A DNA stretch of 64,000 nt from Chrysomallon squamiferum. Lineage: Eukaryota; Animalia; Mollusca. Position 1 is the first letter of the stretch; every line of letters begins with the position of its first letter. This document shows positions 43,801-57,919 of this stretch, one piece after another. The stretch covers positions 21,638,001-21,702,000 of the forward strand of contig CM022671.1 in the NCBI GenBank assembly GCA_012295275.1, read 5' to 3'. Below the pieces are notes generated by a model. It worked only from the letters and a program-made list of their open reading frames with translations. It made no database searches and was not told where the DNA came from. Position numbers and translations under genes: made by a program.

Positions 43801-44445
43801 TTTTTTATAATAATAATTAATAAATAAATAATAATACAAATAAGTAATAAATAAAATAATAACTTGATGTACAGGTTACGAAAATTAATTTGAAAAGTAT
43901 TCTGTTTTAAAATATGATCAAATGATTATTAGTATTATAATATTAAACATTTAGGTCAATTTATTTTAATTTTATTATTATTATTATTATTATTAATATT
44001 TATTTATTTATTTATTTATTATTATTTTATTATTATTTTATTTATTTATTTTATTATTATTATTATTTGTATTCTTCTAAAAGTGTGAGAGAGGCATACA
44101 GGTTGGATTGGATATGTAACAACCCACCAAAAAATAGCCACGGTAATTTTAAACTTGTTTTATATTCGAGATCCACGATTCTCTTTTTGCCTGTGGAAAA
44201 AGAGTATTTCTGACTTGTACAGATAAAAATTCTTATTTGTATTTTAAGTCTATTAAAATTAACGAACCATTAAAATTAGACTTGCACAAGATCGTGATAC
44301 CTAACAGTATGTAAAAATAGGTAATCAGTCATAAGTAAGGAGTGGCAGCTCGCTTAGCCATGAATGCCAATCACGAGATGTGTCTGCTCAACGAGCATTG
44401 CTTTCGCTTAGTATTATCAAAACATTTTAAAAATAAATAAAAGTG

Positions 44446-44570
44446 TTAGATTAATATTGACGAATATATATTATACAGCCAAATAAGATTTAAAAATATT
44501 TTACGTTTTGTTTAACTGACACAAGACGTATATATTTTATAGGCAAGTAATGATTTCATTAAGTACTGAG

Positions 44571-44605
<35 letters not shown>

Positions 44606-44801
44606 CCTCGCCCGTTTCACTTAGATTAATATTGACGAATATATATTATACAGCCAAATAAGATTTAAAAATATTTTACGTTTTGTTTAACTGACACAGA
44701 CGTAAGTGGGAACTATTTTATAGGCAAGTAATGATTTCATGTCTGTTAAGTACTGAGATAATAATAATAATAATAATAATAATAAACCTCGCCCGTTTCA
44801 C
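44446..44801. repeat. Tandem duplication of ~175-180 bp
   Basis: 44446-44620 and 44621-44801 both run TTAGATTAATATTGACGAAT...(ATA)n AACCTCGCCCGTTTCAC, with a few internal differences. Confidence 0.92.
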
Positions 44802-46601
44802 ATTAAATTGCGTTTACAAACAGGCAAGTGTTTCAAGCAACACAAAACGAGACATTGACCCCAAGGTCAAATTGTATATTTTGGAAAATAACACCAGAAG
44901 TGATACTCCTACGTGTTAAATGACACTTTAAGTAATTTAACACTACGCCTTTCACAAACACAACGAAAAGAGGATAGGTAATACAAGTTAGGAGGCCGCA
45001 TCATGGTGGAAAACAACTTCAATGATGAAATGAATCGTAATTAATAACAAATTGCGGGGACCCACTCTGAGCTGTAAATAGTAAAAAAAAAAAAAAAAAA
45101 AAATGTTATTTATTATTATTATTTTTTTTTATTTACTGATAGTTTTCATTATTATTATTATTATTTTTTTTTTTTTGTCAACATGCTATTAATCGATTTC
45201 CTGAAGAAATGAGCTTTTTACGACGTAGTTACGTCCCTTTAAGAATAAAAATATTAATCTTGCCAAAACGCCAGTGTCTAAAAGATTTATTTATTTATTT
45301 AATGTAATAAATGTTTTGATCTGTTAACAGTTATCAGTTACGTAAAAAGAAATAAGACAACTTTAATTTTAGAAAGTTTATTTCAAAAGTTTTAAAACAA
45401 GGTACAAAAAACTGATTAAAAACACTAATATAAACAATGCTAACGCATTTTGTTTTTTAACTGTCACATGAAGATGTATTATATACCACTTAAAAATAAA
45501 ACCAATTCCAAATTTAAAAACAAAAACACTTTTTGAAGATATCTATAACAGTGTAAACGATATCGCATTTTGATTGTATTCAGACGTTTTTTTTTTGTTT
45601 TTTTTTAAAAGTCAACCGTAAGTCAACAAATATTTATTTCAAGAAATATCTTTATTAAATTTGCATCATCTATTCAACAAAGTCTTCGTTTTATGAAGAC
45701 CTTAATAGAGGTAGATTTACTGAGTTAAATATTATGTTTTAGGCCTTTTTCAATTGATAGATAAACATGTGATCATTCCTAAGTGTTGTAATTGGTGAAT
45801 AGGTAATTGGTCTATTATTTTGGTGTTTACTATTGCAGACGACCATATTTCACTACAAATCGCATAAAAACAATAAATAAATGGGTTATTTGTAAAATAC
45901 AAGGCAAAATGTGAATGATGATGTGTTTAATGTTCCATTTGGATAATCTATTCAGCGTAATCGACCGTTTTCGTTTCTTACGATTTTTTTTCTTAGTTTC
46001 AAATATTCAGTTGTCATTTTAACCAATAACGTCTTTTTAATAAATTCCTCTAACAAAATACAGTAACATTTGAGCAAATTCTGCTTTAAAGTATATAGAG
46101 TGCCATTAGCGGCCGTTAGAACTGCCAGAAAAATGCACCTATCAAAATATGACGTTCAGGAAACATGCAATTTGTAGACATCAGTAGTTACTCTTATGGT
46201 GCCTAGCTGATTATTTATACTTCATTTAAAGAGCCATTTAAACATTTTTTTTACTGAAAAGGTAACATAGATTATAAAACAGAGACAGTGCAAACTGCAT
46301 AGCATATATATCTTCATTTTTCAAACCATCTGTAAATATAAAGATTTATTAAATACTGATAAACCAAACCAGCATACTAGATTATGTTCATTATTATTCT
46401 AGACCACTGTATCTGGATGTGAGGAATTATAAAAATAAAAATAAAAATATAACATTTCTGAAAGCTGTTTACTTGCATATAAATTATTATTTGTGTTTTA
46501 TTTTTACAATGTTTTTATTTTTTAATTTTTTTTTTGTTCTGAACACTAAAACAACAATGGAGGATGGTGCATGCAGAAATTTACTGGAAAATTGTAATGA
46601 T

Positions 46602-46842
46602 TTATTCAGGGGAAAACATGTAGTTCAGAACAGGATGGAACTGTTTTAAAATCTCTGGGTGCCATATGTCAAACATAAGAACAGCTCTAATACCATCATC
46701 TTTTGCTCCTGTGTGCTCTACTGAATGGTAAAAGGAATCATCAAAAACAATAACTTCTCCTTCCTTCCATTCTCTCTTACCTCCATCAACATCAAGTGAA
46801 CACTTCGGTGGAACAATCAAACCTGAAACAAGAAAAATATAA

Positions 46843-46903
<61 letters not shown>

Positions 46904-48089
46904 ATAAATAAATAAAGAAATAAATACATTTTTTGATTCTTAGACTGTTAATAAATATATGTTAATAAACTTGATAAAAAAACCCATAATGGTTTGATTA
47001 TTTTCAAAATTTTTATCACTTTCAAAAAAAAAAAAAAAATAATAATAATAATGAAAAGAAATACGCCAGTATTTTATTTGTTATTAATGTTTCGGCTCTT
47101 TTTGTAAGTGATCATATTTTTTTTTTTTTTTTTTTTGTAAAAGTGATGATAAAAATGAAAAAGAAAACAATTCATGAAAATAAATCTCCAGAACTGACAG
47201 AACTTCTTCTACCCACATCTGCACTGGAAATATTTTGTTGCAAAGGCTTGTTAAAATATATGTGTGAGGTTTAAATAAAATAATATAAAATAACACAACA
47301 CAACACAACACAACACAATATAATATAAATACTAAATCTCTGTCAAGTCTTACCTAAATGGCAGCGCAAACGCATGTTTGTTGGTCCATAATGTGGAGTG
47401 ATGTGTGTTCCAGGTAAAATAACCGAAAATGCAACATTTCCAAAGACATTATCAGTCAGAAGGGATGAACATTTCTGAATTATATTCCACGTCCGGGGAC
47501 ACATTTCTACAACACTGCGTTTGACGGTTCCTTGATCCAACAGATGACATATCGACCATACGCCACTAGGTGTGTTGTTTATTTTCCATAACTTCATCGA
47601 TTTCGAGTTTTCAGCTGTTTCCATCAGATCTAACAGTTCTGTTTTAATTTCTTCCACTTCTTCGGGTTTAAATGGCATTAATCCCAATTCATCTGTATTT
47701 TCATCGTTCCACCATCTCTTTTCCAAAAGACCGGAAAATTTAAAAACCGATGGTTTCTGGTTATTCCCGGATTTCTCTTTGAATCGTTTATGGTAACTGT
47801 TTTCAATATCTGTGTATAACCTGTGTATAAAATCGCTGTTTTCTGGATCACTGGAAAATGCATGGTAACAGAGTTTAGTTCTTGCCCGAGTCAGTATTTC
47901 GGTATGTCGTCTGCAGCGAACGCAGCTGGGAGAGCTACATGTTTCAAAAGATGCTTTCGTTTCCTCATCACTTTCCTTGATTTTGGCAAATTTTGATCTA
48001 AAATAAAATCTGGATGCAAGAAACGTAAGGCATATTAACACAATTATCCAAATATTATCCTGGAGAATCTGACAAGTAGCTGTAAACAT
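46602..48089 (-). CDS. ASPHD2: Aspartate beta-hydroxylase domain-containing protein (ASPHD2-like), 318 aa, 2 exons
   Basis: Exon 1 48089-47354 (G|gtaaga), exon 2 46822-46602 (tttcag|GT). N-terminal membrane anchor (IWIIVLICLTFLA), CSSPSCVRC motif typical of ASPHD1/2, and an Asp/Asn beta-hydroxylase catalytic domain: [55 protein letters not shown]. No TPR region, so not full-length ASPH. Confidence 0.9.
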
Positions 48090-48410
48090 TTTTTTTTAAT
48101 TTAAAAACAGTACCAAGGGAAGTAATCCCAGACTAGAGTTGTTTTTCGGCATGAGTTTATTATCGGCTTTGTTCGGTATTTTTGATAATGTCGGGGAAAA
48201 TCCGTACTTAGTTCGACTGATAATAAAAGTAATTGGGCAGCTGTGAAAGGAGCTTTTCTAGTAATAAATTATCCGATTGCCGTATAACTTGTTTCCGAAC
48301 CCGGCAGCTGTCTGTTTAACCGATAAAGGAAATCTAAAGCTAATTTTTGCTGTTATCAACTCGAATATATAGAAAATTACTTTCAGGGGATGTTTTTATA
48401 CACAAAGAAT

Positions 48411-48470
<60 letters not shown>

Positions 48471-48614
48471 AGAAACAAAACAAAAACAAAATTAAAATAA
48501 CAATATCACCATCATAACCATTCCTCAAAAAGCCACAACATATTTAGGGATTTTAGTTTTTAAAATATTTTATATATTTTTATTATTTATTAACAATCTA
48601 AAAGAATAATAGCT

Positions 48615-48665
<51 letters not shown>

Positions 48666-49285
48666 TTAGCACATAATTAAAATCTATATTACTTTAAGGA
48701 AACTATCGCTGAAAAACGAACTGTTGTTAAATATTTTCTATAGACAGTTTTATTCCTAAATATAAATGATTTATTCTTAATATGCTTAATTTGTGGATGC
48801 AGATTTCTAATTATATGATTATTCTAACAGTTAAGGAATTGTAATGAAAACGATAATTTACTTTTTATTGATATAATTCGGTTATCTATCGTTTCATCGA
48901 CAATTTGTTTTATTGTTATTGTTATTGTTATTATTTAAACAAAATAATGTTTACCACACGTTACACAAAAACAAACATGTATATAGTTTAAAACATTTAT
49001 TTTATTCCATTCTTGTCAATATTGTAACCTCAATGTGACACCCAATGTGGATAAATATTCATTCAATCGTTTTAAAAGAAATATTTGCTCTCATCTCTCG
49101 GGAAAACAATATTTAATTAGAAATCTGGTAATTTCTGCCAACCTTGTAGTAGACAAATACTAAAATGTATCTTGTTTAACACTATATGTTTTAAGTTCAT
49201 TAATAAAAAAAAACAAAAACATTTGATACATTAATCATTAATACATGATGGTTATTAAGTGATAACAATAATTTACGTTTTATAT

Positions 49286-49352
<67 letters not shown>

Positions 49353-50017
49353 ATTACAGTAAACATTAGCTGCTTCGAAAATATTTAGACATTTTTAATT
49401 TTATTTTTTAAAGAAAATAATTAGGTTATTTGTGTCATCAAAGAAACTCTTTAATTATTTATTATATGTTTAATCTTGTTATGGTTTCATTTTCACTTCT
49501 TTCAGTTAAAAATATACGGATTAAATAGTTAACCGTTTTCACTTGCTAATATTAACAATTTAAATTAACGGTACCATTGTTTCACAAAGTACTATGTGTA
49601 ACAACTGAAGACAAATGCAGAATTATTTATCCAATACGGTCGAATAGCCACGACTTAAATCCTTGACATACAGTCGAACTAGATGACCGTATCTATGGAG
49701 TACACTTCATCCGCGGAACAAATAGTTCAAGCATAATAATATACATATGTTTTAACTTTAAAAAAATATGTATTTCATTCTTATGCCTAAATATTATAAA
49801 TACATGTACAAAAATGTATCTATTTATTTTTTAAAGGTAATTTATTAATGTTTGAGTGCGCTTATGGACTATTTTTTATTGCGCGCATTGGATGTGATTA
49901 GATCATTTGGTAGCGAAGGAAGCTAATGATAAATGATTCACAACTTTAGGATATTTTGTTGGTAGAACATTTAGTATATTATGAGACATATTTGTGAGAA
50001 TAAGTGCAAAAGCAAAA
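48090..50017. promoter_or_regulatory. Head-to-head intergenic/promoter region between ASPHD2-like and DNAH10
   Basis: Start codons face away from each other 1.9 kb apart. CpG-rich patches at ~48130-48330 and ~49630-49920, separated by (GA)n and (AAT)n tracts. Confidence 0.55.
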
Positions 50018-50360
50018 ATGGATGATCCTAGAATAGAATGGATTAGAAACCGTGTCTACCAGGCTCTTAACATTCACGATAATGAAGTTTTTGATGAACT
50101 CTTAGAACGATCAGATGGAGAATTCGAAAGACAACTCGGCAAATTTCTGAATGACACCCCTGAAGAAAACGAATCATCTATATTATTTTACAAATTAGTA
50201 AAAGAGGAAGAAGAGGAAGTTGAAGTTGAATGTGGTAAATAATGACAAACACAACATATTTTTTCTTTTCTGTAAATGGTCTCAAAACATTGTTTTCACC
50301 ATTAAAAGTTCATAAACAGCTAGTCACCTTCCCAAAGTCATAACCTTAAATGTTAATGGC

Positions 50361-50424
<64 letters not shown>

Positions 50425-53400
50425 TCAGTTTAATAAATGTATTAATTTACTGTGAATTTAATTAGCTATTTAATCCAGTTGGTTCATATATATGTATATA
50501 TATAATTTAAAACAATTAATGGTCAGTAAGAAGTTGTACATACTTTAACACTGTATTTAATGTTTATATATTTCATTAAAATATTCCATTTTTGAACATA
50601 CAAATGCAAACAAATAAATAATAATCATAATAAAAAATTAAAAAAAAAACCTACAAAAAAACACATGCAACAAAAATGCATAGAGAAATATACAGAAGAT
50701 AATAATGTTTGTAATACTTTTACAATTTATTTAGAGCCAGAGATTCCAGATATTGAACAAGATGAAGAGGGTAATGAAGGAGAAACAGAGACACATGCAG
50801 AAGAAGAAGCTCCTGCTGAACAGGCTCTACCTGTATCAACACCAACTACAGAAAGAGAAGAGGAAACCCCCAGCAGGAAAGGTAAAACATTTGTAGGTCT
50901 AATTCAAGCATCCAGATAAAGGGTTAGAGTTAATATTAGATACTTTCAAATAATTTCTCATTGTATAGTTTGAAGTGCTGCAAAAGTCAACTGTCATTTC
51001 CTATAAAGATAAAGTATATGTAATTCAAAATTTCTTTGTCTTGTATTGGTTTTGTCTGTTAAAATTTTATTCTGGAATTCAGCTACTGGAGCAGGCTTGA
51101 ACTCGTTGAGTATATTGCTGGCCTAACATTTAACAGGTTGCAGGAGCTATCCTGCTGAAGTGTCTGTTGGGCTTTTTCCCTATTCTAGCAAAGTCTTTAT
51201 TTTTTAATAAAAAATTGTGTGATATATGCTTTCCTGTCTGTGTGAAAGTGTATCCAAATATCCTTTACTAGATGATTAAAGAAAAGTCTGGTTTCTCCAA
51301 TCTCATCTCATTAAATAGCACTGGGCAAAGAAAAAGAATTATTGTTTAAGAAGTAGAACAATTCCCATTAAATAAGAAACAAATGTCTGAAAACTAGTAA
51401 CTATTAACTAGATAATATACTCAGGTGTTATCAACAATTATTCATTTATTTAATTAATTCAACAGACATTGCATGCTGTTTGTAGATGTTTCATTATGTT
51501 CATTTTGTGTAATTTCATTACTGTTGATCTGTTGCTAGGAAAGAGAAAGAAGAAGGGAAAAGATACTCCAACTTCTGAGGGTAAAGAAGAAGAAAAAGGT
51601 GATGCTGCTCCAAAAGAGGAAGAAACAAAGCCTGCAGAAGAGGAGCCCAAACTTGAAAGTACAGAACCAGCTGTTGAGGAAAATGAAGGAGAAGAAGGTG
51701 AACTTCAAAAGAAAACTGTAAGCCATTTTTGTTTCTTACATTTGGTATTATTTACTTTCAGTTACAATTACCTGATCCAGTGAACAAATAAATATTTAAA
51801 GACATTCTGACAGATGTGATAAATACTGAAGTCAGCAAATGTGACAGAGGCAACCTGGAGTTTTTGGTTTTCTGAACCAAGGCATAAAATATACTGAAAA
51901 TATAAAATAAATAAGGAAAAGGACAGAATAAAACTGTTTTTAGCAGGTGCAAATTAATATATTTCTAAAGCCAGTTTTCTTATAATTCTCATTTTATGGA
52001 AACTGGATAAATGATCCGTTATCTGTACTCTTTCAGATGTTAAGGATCAAGGTAACAAAATTTAACATGAATACAAAATAATGTTTTAAAATCCTTGATG
52101 ACTGGGTGAATTTACTGAATCATATGATGGGGTACTATTGTTGTTTTCATTTTGAATTTCTGGTTTGACCCCACCAAATATTTGAGACGTACCTCCAAGA
52201 TGTTATCAACTGTTCTTTTTTTTTACCAAATAAATTATTATTTTTTAATTTAATAAACCCATTTCAATAAATTCATTAACTTTTGTCAAACCAATGTATT
52301 TTATTTTGTTTTTGAAATTGCAGAAGATCATCATTCAGAAGGTGTGGAGAACCTATCTGTATCAGTGTTATCAACATCTGCCCCAGGAAAATGCAGACAG
52401 AGAGAGTGTGTACTTTCTCCGCAACACTCCAGGAATGATTCCACTGCCCAGCTCCATTGAGGAGGCTGATGACAGTATGCCTGGTTATCTTGAATTTGGA
52501 GTTCTTAATGGTCACTCTCTTGTCATGTTGGAGCAGATAATCTCACAGGTATTTGTTCTGTCTTCCTGGTGATGATATTGAATCAGTTAAAATACTGAAT
52601 TTTTTAAAAAAAAAAAATTTAATGGTAGCTGATGGTCTTTTCACACAATATTACAATGCTGTTATAATTGTGATCCATAGTTAAGATTAGTTACGAGTAT
52701 GGAACCATCAGTTTGAAAAGAAATCTCTCATATTAAAGTTATCATTTTTAAGTGATTCATGAGATTTGTGTTTTTCTGTATTCCTTGTGAATAACCATAA
52801 TTCGTAGATTTTCATAAACTGACTAAACTGGATCTGTGAACAAAAAATAATAAATAACGTAAAATGCAGTATAAAAGCCTAAGTTGTGATATAATACAAA
52901 ATTTGAGTTGATCGTAATTAGACATTTAATTAGGAAATTCTGGCAGGTATCTGTTTAGAATATGAATTTAACAATAAAATAACTATTCCAAATTTTAATT
53001 ATTTCTTCTTCTTTTTTAAAAAAATTTTTCTTCTGATGTAATTGCAGGTGTACATGCCACTTCTTTCATACAACCAACATAAAACTGAAAATCAACGAAG
53101 GATTTCTCGACAGATTGAACAAGGAACATCTGTATCTAGCACACCTGGTGTGTCATCATCGGAGGTGACAGAAAAGAGAAGTGGTGGAGAAATAGCTGAA
53201 TCTGGTGCCAAAGCTTTGCTGCGAGATGACTTTCTTATAAGCATGCAGAAATTTGCCTCCAACATCACACACACCCTGCAGCAGATAGAAGGGGAGGTGA
53301 GACTCGATGTTCCAGACGTTGTTTTGAGTGACAACATTGATGAGGTTCTCAGTAATCCTGAGCTGATGGCCATTATTCATGAAAAGTGTGTGGAATGGGA

Positions 53401-56400
53401 AAACCAGATAGGAATGGCTCTGAGCCAGCAGCTGGAGAAAAAACGTATTGGAAACGGACCTATAGCAGAAATAGAATTCTGGCGAGAAAGAAATGCAGCA
53501 CTGAGCGCTCTCACAGAACAGTTGAAGATTCCTTTGGTCGCTCAGATGTTTGAGATCTACAGCCAAGTCGAAACTGACATTGAAAGTCGAAGGCCTGACC
53601 TCAATAAGTACTATGTTGAAGCCAAAGACAATGTCCGATTTCTGTCCACTTTGGAAAGACATTTCAAGAATGTTGCTCATGGATCAACATTTCAAATTGT
53701 GATTGAAACCATCCCTTCCATGATGAATGCTCTTAGAATGGTCTGGATTATTTCACGCCATTACAATAAAGATGAATTAATGGTGCCTTTGATGGAAAGA
53801 ATAGCTTGGGAGCTGGCTGAAAGAGTTGCCAGAGTTATTGATGTTCACACACTTTACAAGTGAGCCATGTTATTATTATTAGTAGTAGTAGTAATATTGG
53901 TAGTGGTAGTAACCATGATAGTACTAGAAGTAGTAGTGGTAGCGGTAATGTGCAATAATATTATTTAAATATTAATTCCACACATGTAAACAGATAGAAA
54001 ATAATTTAAAATGCACTGAGTAGTATTGAATTTAATAATATTGTAATTGATAAATGATTGAAAATGAATTTAAAATTAAACAACCCTTTACACCTTTTCT
54101 GTAATGGATTCATGACTGAGTAGTGACATAAACTAATAATAAAGTGAGTGCAGCATGGTCTACATTAGAGCAAATAAATAAATAAATTTCAGTAAGTACA
54201 AATTCTTGCCAAGTACTTATTTCAAAAATGTAAATATTTGAAATTAGAAAACAAAAGATAATTAATTTTTACCATTTACATATACTAATTCATTTTATTT
54301 TATAACTAATCTCCATACAGTACTGCTGTTATAAAAATTTAAATAAACCACTGAATCTTATTCAAGATTCACTGGTTATATCTTTTTCTTGGTGGATAGC
54401 TTTATTTTCCATGTGTTGTGGTATTTTCAACAACTAGTATGATATAAGCATTTTGCTTTTGGAATTTTTATCCTGTAACTTCTAATTTGATTTAGGTCAG
54501 ACACAGACGTAGTGAAGCGAATGACAGCAGAAGCGCAGAAGATGCTGCGAGTGTGGAAGGATTCCTACTTTGAAGTGAGAGCAAAAATTGAAGCTTCAGG
54601 TCGAGACCAGCGCTGGGAGTTTGATCGCAAAAAGCTGTTTGAGAGAACAGACTACATGGCCAGTATTTGTGCAGATCTACACGAAGTTGCACAGGTACAT
54701 AATATATTTATGTGTTTGTATTATGCAGGTTCATTTTGCCTGCGAGAAAGCTTAAATTGGACAAAATATTTATAAGGATAATGTTCAGTGATGTTTATAA
54801 CATATACTGATTACAAGGGATGTAACTAATCTAAAAAGTTAGTTTGCAAAGCTTTTCTGATTCTGTATACTGAATTGTTGGTCTTTAGTTGTGCAGGTCT
54901 GATAACAGTGGTTTTGGTCTTATTGTGTGTGTGTGTATCTGTCTGTGTCTGTGTCTTTTTGCTGGAATAATATGTAAATGTTTATACAGTCCTTGAAATA
55001 ATGCATACCAAAAGAAGTAACCCATAACATTGAGATCATTTGTAACTAAATTCATAGCAACTGTAAGTAATCAGTTATTCCACAAAACAAATCTCTTAAT
55101 ATTGTTACCTATTTCCTTTTTTAATTTTTTAAATTATTTTTTTCAGGTTCTTGAAGAGTTCTACAACATCTTTGGCCCAGAACTGAAAGCTGTCACTGGT
55201 GATCCAAAGAGAATTGAAGATGTGTTAAAGCGAGTGGATGCCCTGGTTGAACCACTTGAACAGGTAATGCATGGACATGTTTCTTCACTTCATTGCATCA
55301 AACCAAATAGCTAAACACAACTTCTAAATTGTAATTAAACATAAGCCTAATTCTACAAAATTATATTTCAGACAGACTTTGTGAAAGCATTTAAATACTT
55401 GAATGTTTAAAATTTGTTTATTCCCACCTTTAATATTTTGGGGTTCCTTTAATCAGTTAAATATGTTTATTAAATCGTTTATATGGAAATTTATATTTTA
55501 ACCAAAATTAAATTATTTATGATTATAGTGACTTATTCTTGTAAAAGTGCTATTCATGAGATAACTAATGATGTTTTCAAATTTTTTTTTTTTATTTAAT
55601 AGAGAGGATTTTATTATTATTTTTTTTAATAAATGATTATTATATATATTTTTTTCAAGAGCTAGTTGTTTCATGTTGTGTGTTTCATTTCCAGGTGGAG
55701 TTTGACATTTTCAACCAGCGAGAGATGATGCAGTGGAAGCGTGTTATGGAGAGGTTCAACAAAGAGGTGGATGAGATAGAACACGAAGCCAAAAACTTCA
55801 TTGATGACTCCTTCCAGTCACTGCGATCTGCTGAAGGAGCATTTGACATGCTCCTGAACTTCAAACACATCCGGTCACGTGAAGCCATCAACAACCAGAT
55901 GATGCAAAAGTTCAAAGACATTTTAACACAGTATGAAAAAGAGGTTCGTCATTTTACCTCTTTTTGGGGGTGAGGGGGAGGTTTAATTGGGAAGTAATAA
56001 TTTAACTTTTATTTCTTTTTTAGTTAGACAAAGCATCACATAATGTATGAATTTTAATTTTTTTAATTTTGGCTTCTGTATGTTTCTGTTCAGATATATT
56101 TTATTTATTTATCAATTAATTCATAACTGATTTAACCTAAATATTGTAAAAAAACAAATGATTTTTTAGCACTGTAAATAAATAACTGAATAAGAAGTAG
56201 CCATTTTTATGTGTCCACTACATTTTATCTACCATCACATAAAACATATCTCTTTGAAATAAAAAATTATATTGTTTTTGTTTGCTGAGTAATAATAATT
56301 TGGTTAACATTGTTTGTACAGGTTGACACAATGCACAGTCTGTTTAAAGAGAATGTTGAAAGTCCTCCACTGAACAAGAATAATCCACCAACTTCAGGAG

Positions 56401-57878
56401 CCATATTCTGGGAGAGAGCACTCTTCTATCGCATCAAACACACCATTATCAGCTTCCAGAGCATGGATGAAATGATGGTGTCTGACAATTTGGGAAAAGC
56501 TGTGAGTATTATTAGTTAGCTGGGTTTCTTTAAGATTTAGTTTGATTTTAATTCAGCTGTGCTATTAAATGTATGTTATAAAACGCAAATGGGTTAAAAG
56601 AGGTTCCATAAAATATAAGATTAAAAAAAAATAAAGATATTATTATTATTATTATTGTTTTACTTATTTATTGTTTAGCTTTGCCTATTCATTTGTTTCC
56701 ACAGAATGTTAATCTTTTGGCATTTGAGATTTTATTAAATTAACACAAAAGCCAGGAATTCAGATACTCGAGAAATTGTACCTTGGTAGTGTGGTAATCA
56801 TACTTCCTTATTGTTTAGGAATCTTTAGCTTTGCCATCAGCAGTATTGGTTGATATCAAACCTGGACAAGTAATATATGTACTTCTGTGCTGGATTAGAA
56901 AATGTGGCATTCAGACTCCATAGAACTGAGACCAATAAATCATTTAACAAGTTTTCTCTTGTACTAGAGAAAAGACCTATTAAAATTATTTTTAATAATT
57001 TATATTTAATACCCCCATCCCCAGGCTCGTGCCAAGTATTTGAGTGTTGGGAAACAGATGAAGGCATTTGAGGAAGGAAAATACGAACAGTGGAAGGAAC
57101 ATGTTGAGCAGATCCTACCTTCCCTGCTGAAACACAACCTGCTGATCAAACCCAGTCATGTCCAGACAAACCATGCCTTCCATCAGCAACAGCTACAGCA
57201 GCAGCACCAACAAGTGCACACTATGAATCAACTTCACAGTCAGCATCAAGGTGCAGGTGAAGATGGGGGCGAGAGTGTCACAGGTAATGCATATATCTTT
57301 GTCATAGTTGGTGTAGTTAGACAGGTTCAGATACTAGATTACTTAAAGCAATACAGATTTTTTTATTTACTTATTTATTATTATTATTGTTATTATTATT
57401 TTGTTGTTGTTGTTTTTAAAATCATAAACAGCATGTTTGTTTGTTTTTATTTTTGTTTTTTTTAATAATGTATTGGTGAAAAGGGGTTTCTTTAATTTGT
57501 TTTGTTTTTAAATAATGGTATTTATTGCATGTAAAACTTTGCAGTTTTGTTTAAATTTGTTTTATAATATGCGATAATTCTAGAAAAGATGGTTTAAAAA
57601 ATATCTGAAATTGAATGAATCATTTTAATAAAAGAAAAAACATTTGGTTTATTAAAAAAAAAAAAACAAAAAAAAACCAGATTTTGTGTTATACTGAAAT
57701 GCAGTCAACATTAATTCTCATGGCAACAAGTCGCCATCTCTTCCTAAATTGTCTGGTGATGGTTATTAGCTATAAGTTTTGTTTTTGCATGTATACTTTA
57801 TTCAATTTACCAGTCTAATCAATATGTGATTGCCAGGTAAGTAAAATATTAACTGAATTTAATCAACTGAATCCTTCA

Positions 57879-57919
<41 letters not shown>

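Noticed and set aside
49689-49703. GTATCTATGGAGTAC as an RFX X-box in the DNAH10 promoter
   Set aside because: The right half does not match RGYAAC; too weak to report.
49994-50017. GTG-initiated extension of DNAH10 and TTG-initiated extension of cofilin (37876) in the ORF track
   Set aside because: These come from prokaryote-style start rules. Homology begins at the ATGs at 50018 and 37894.
53092-53680. Antisense ORFs of 93 and 174 aa (also 37985-38221, 47572-47796, 55685-55921)
   Set aside because: Shadow frames of genuine exons on the opposite strand; no independent motifs.
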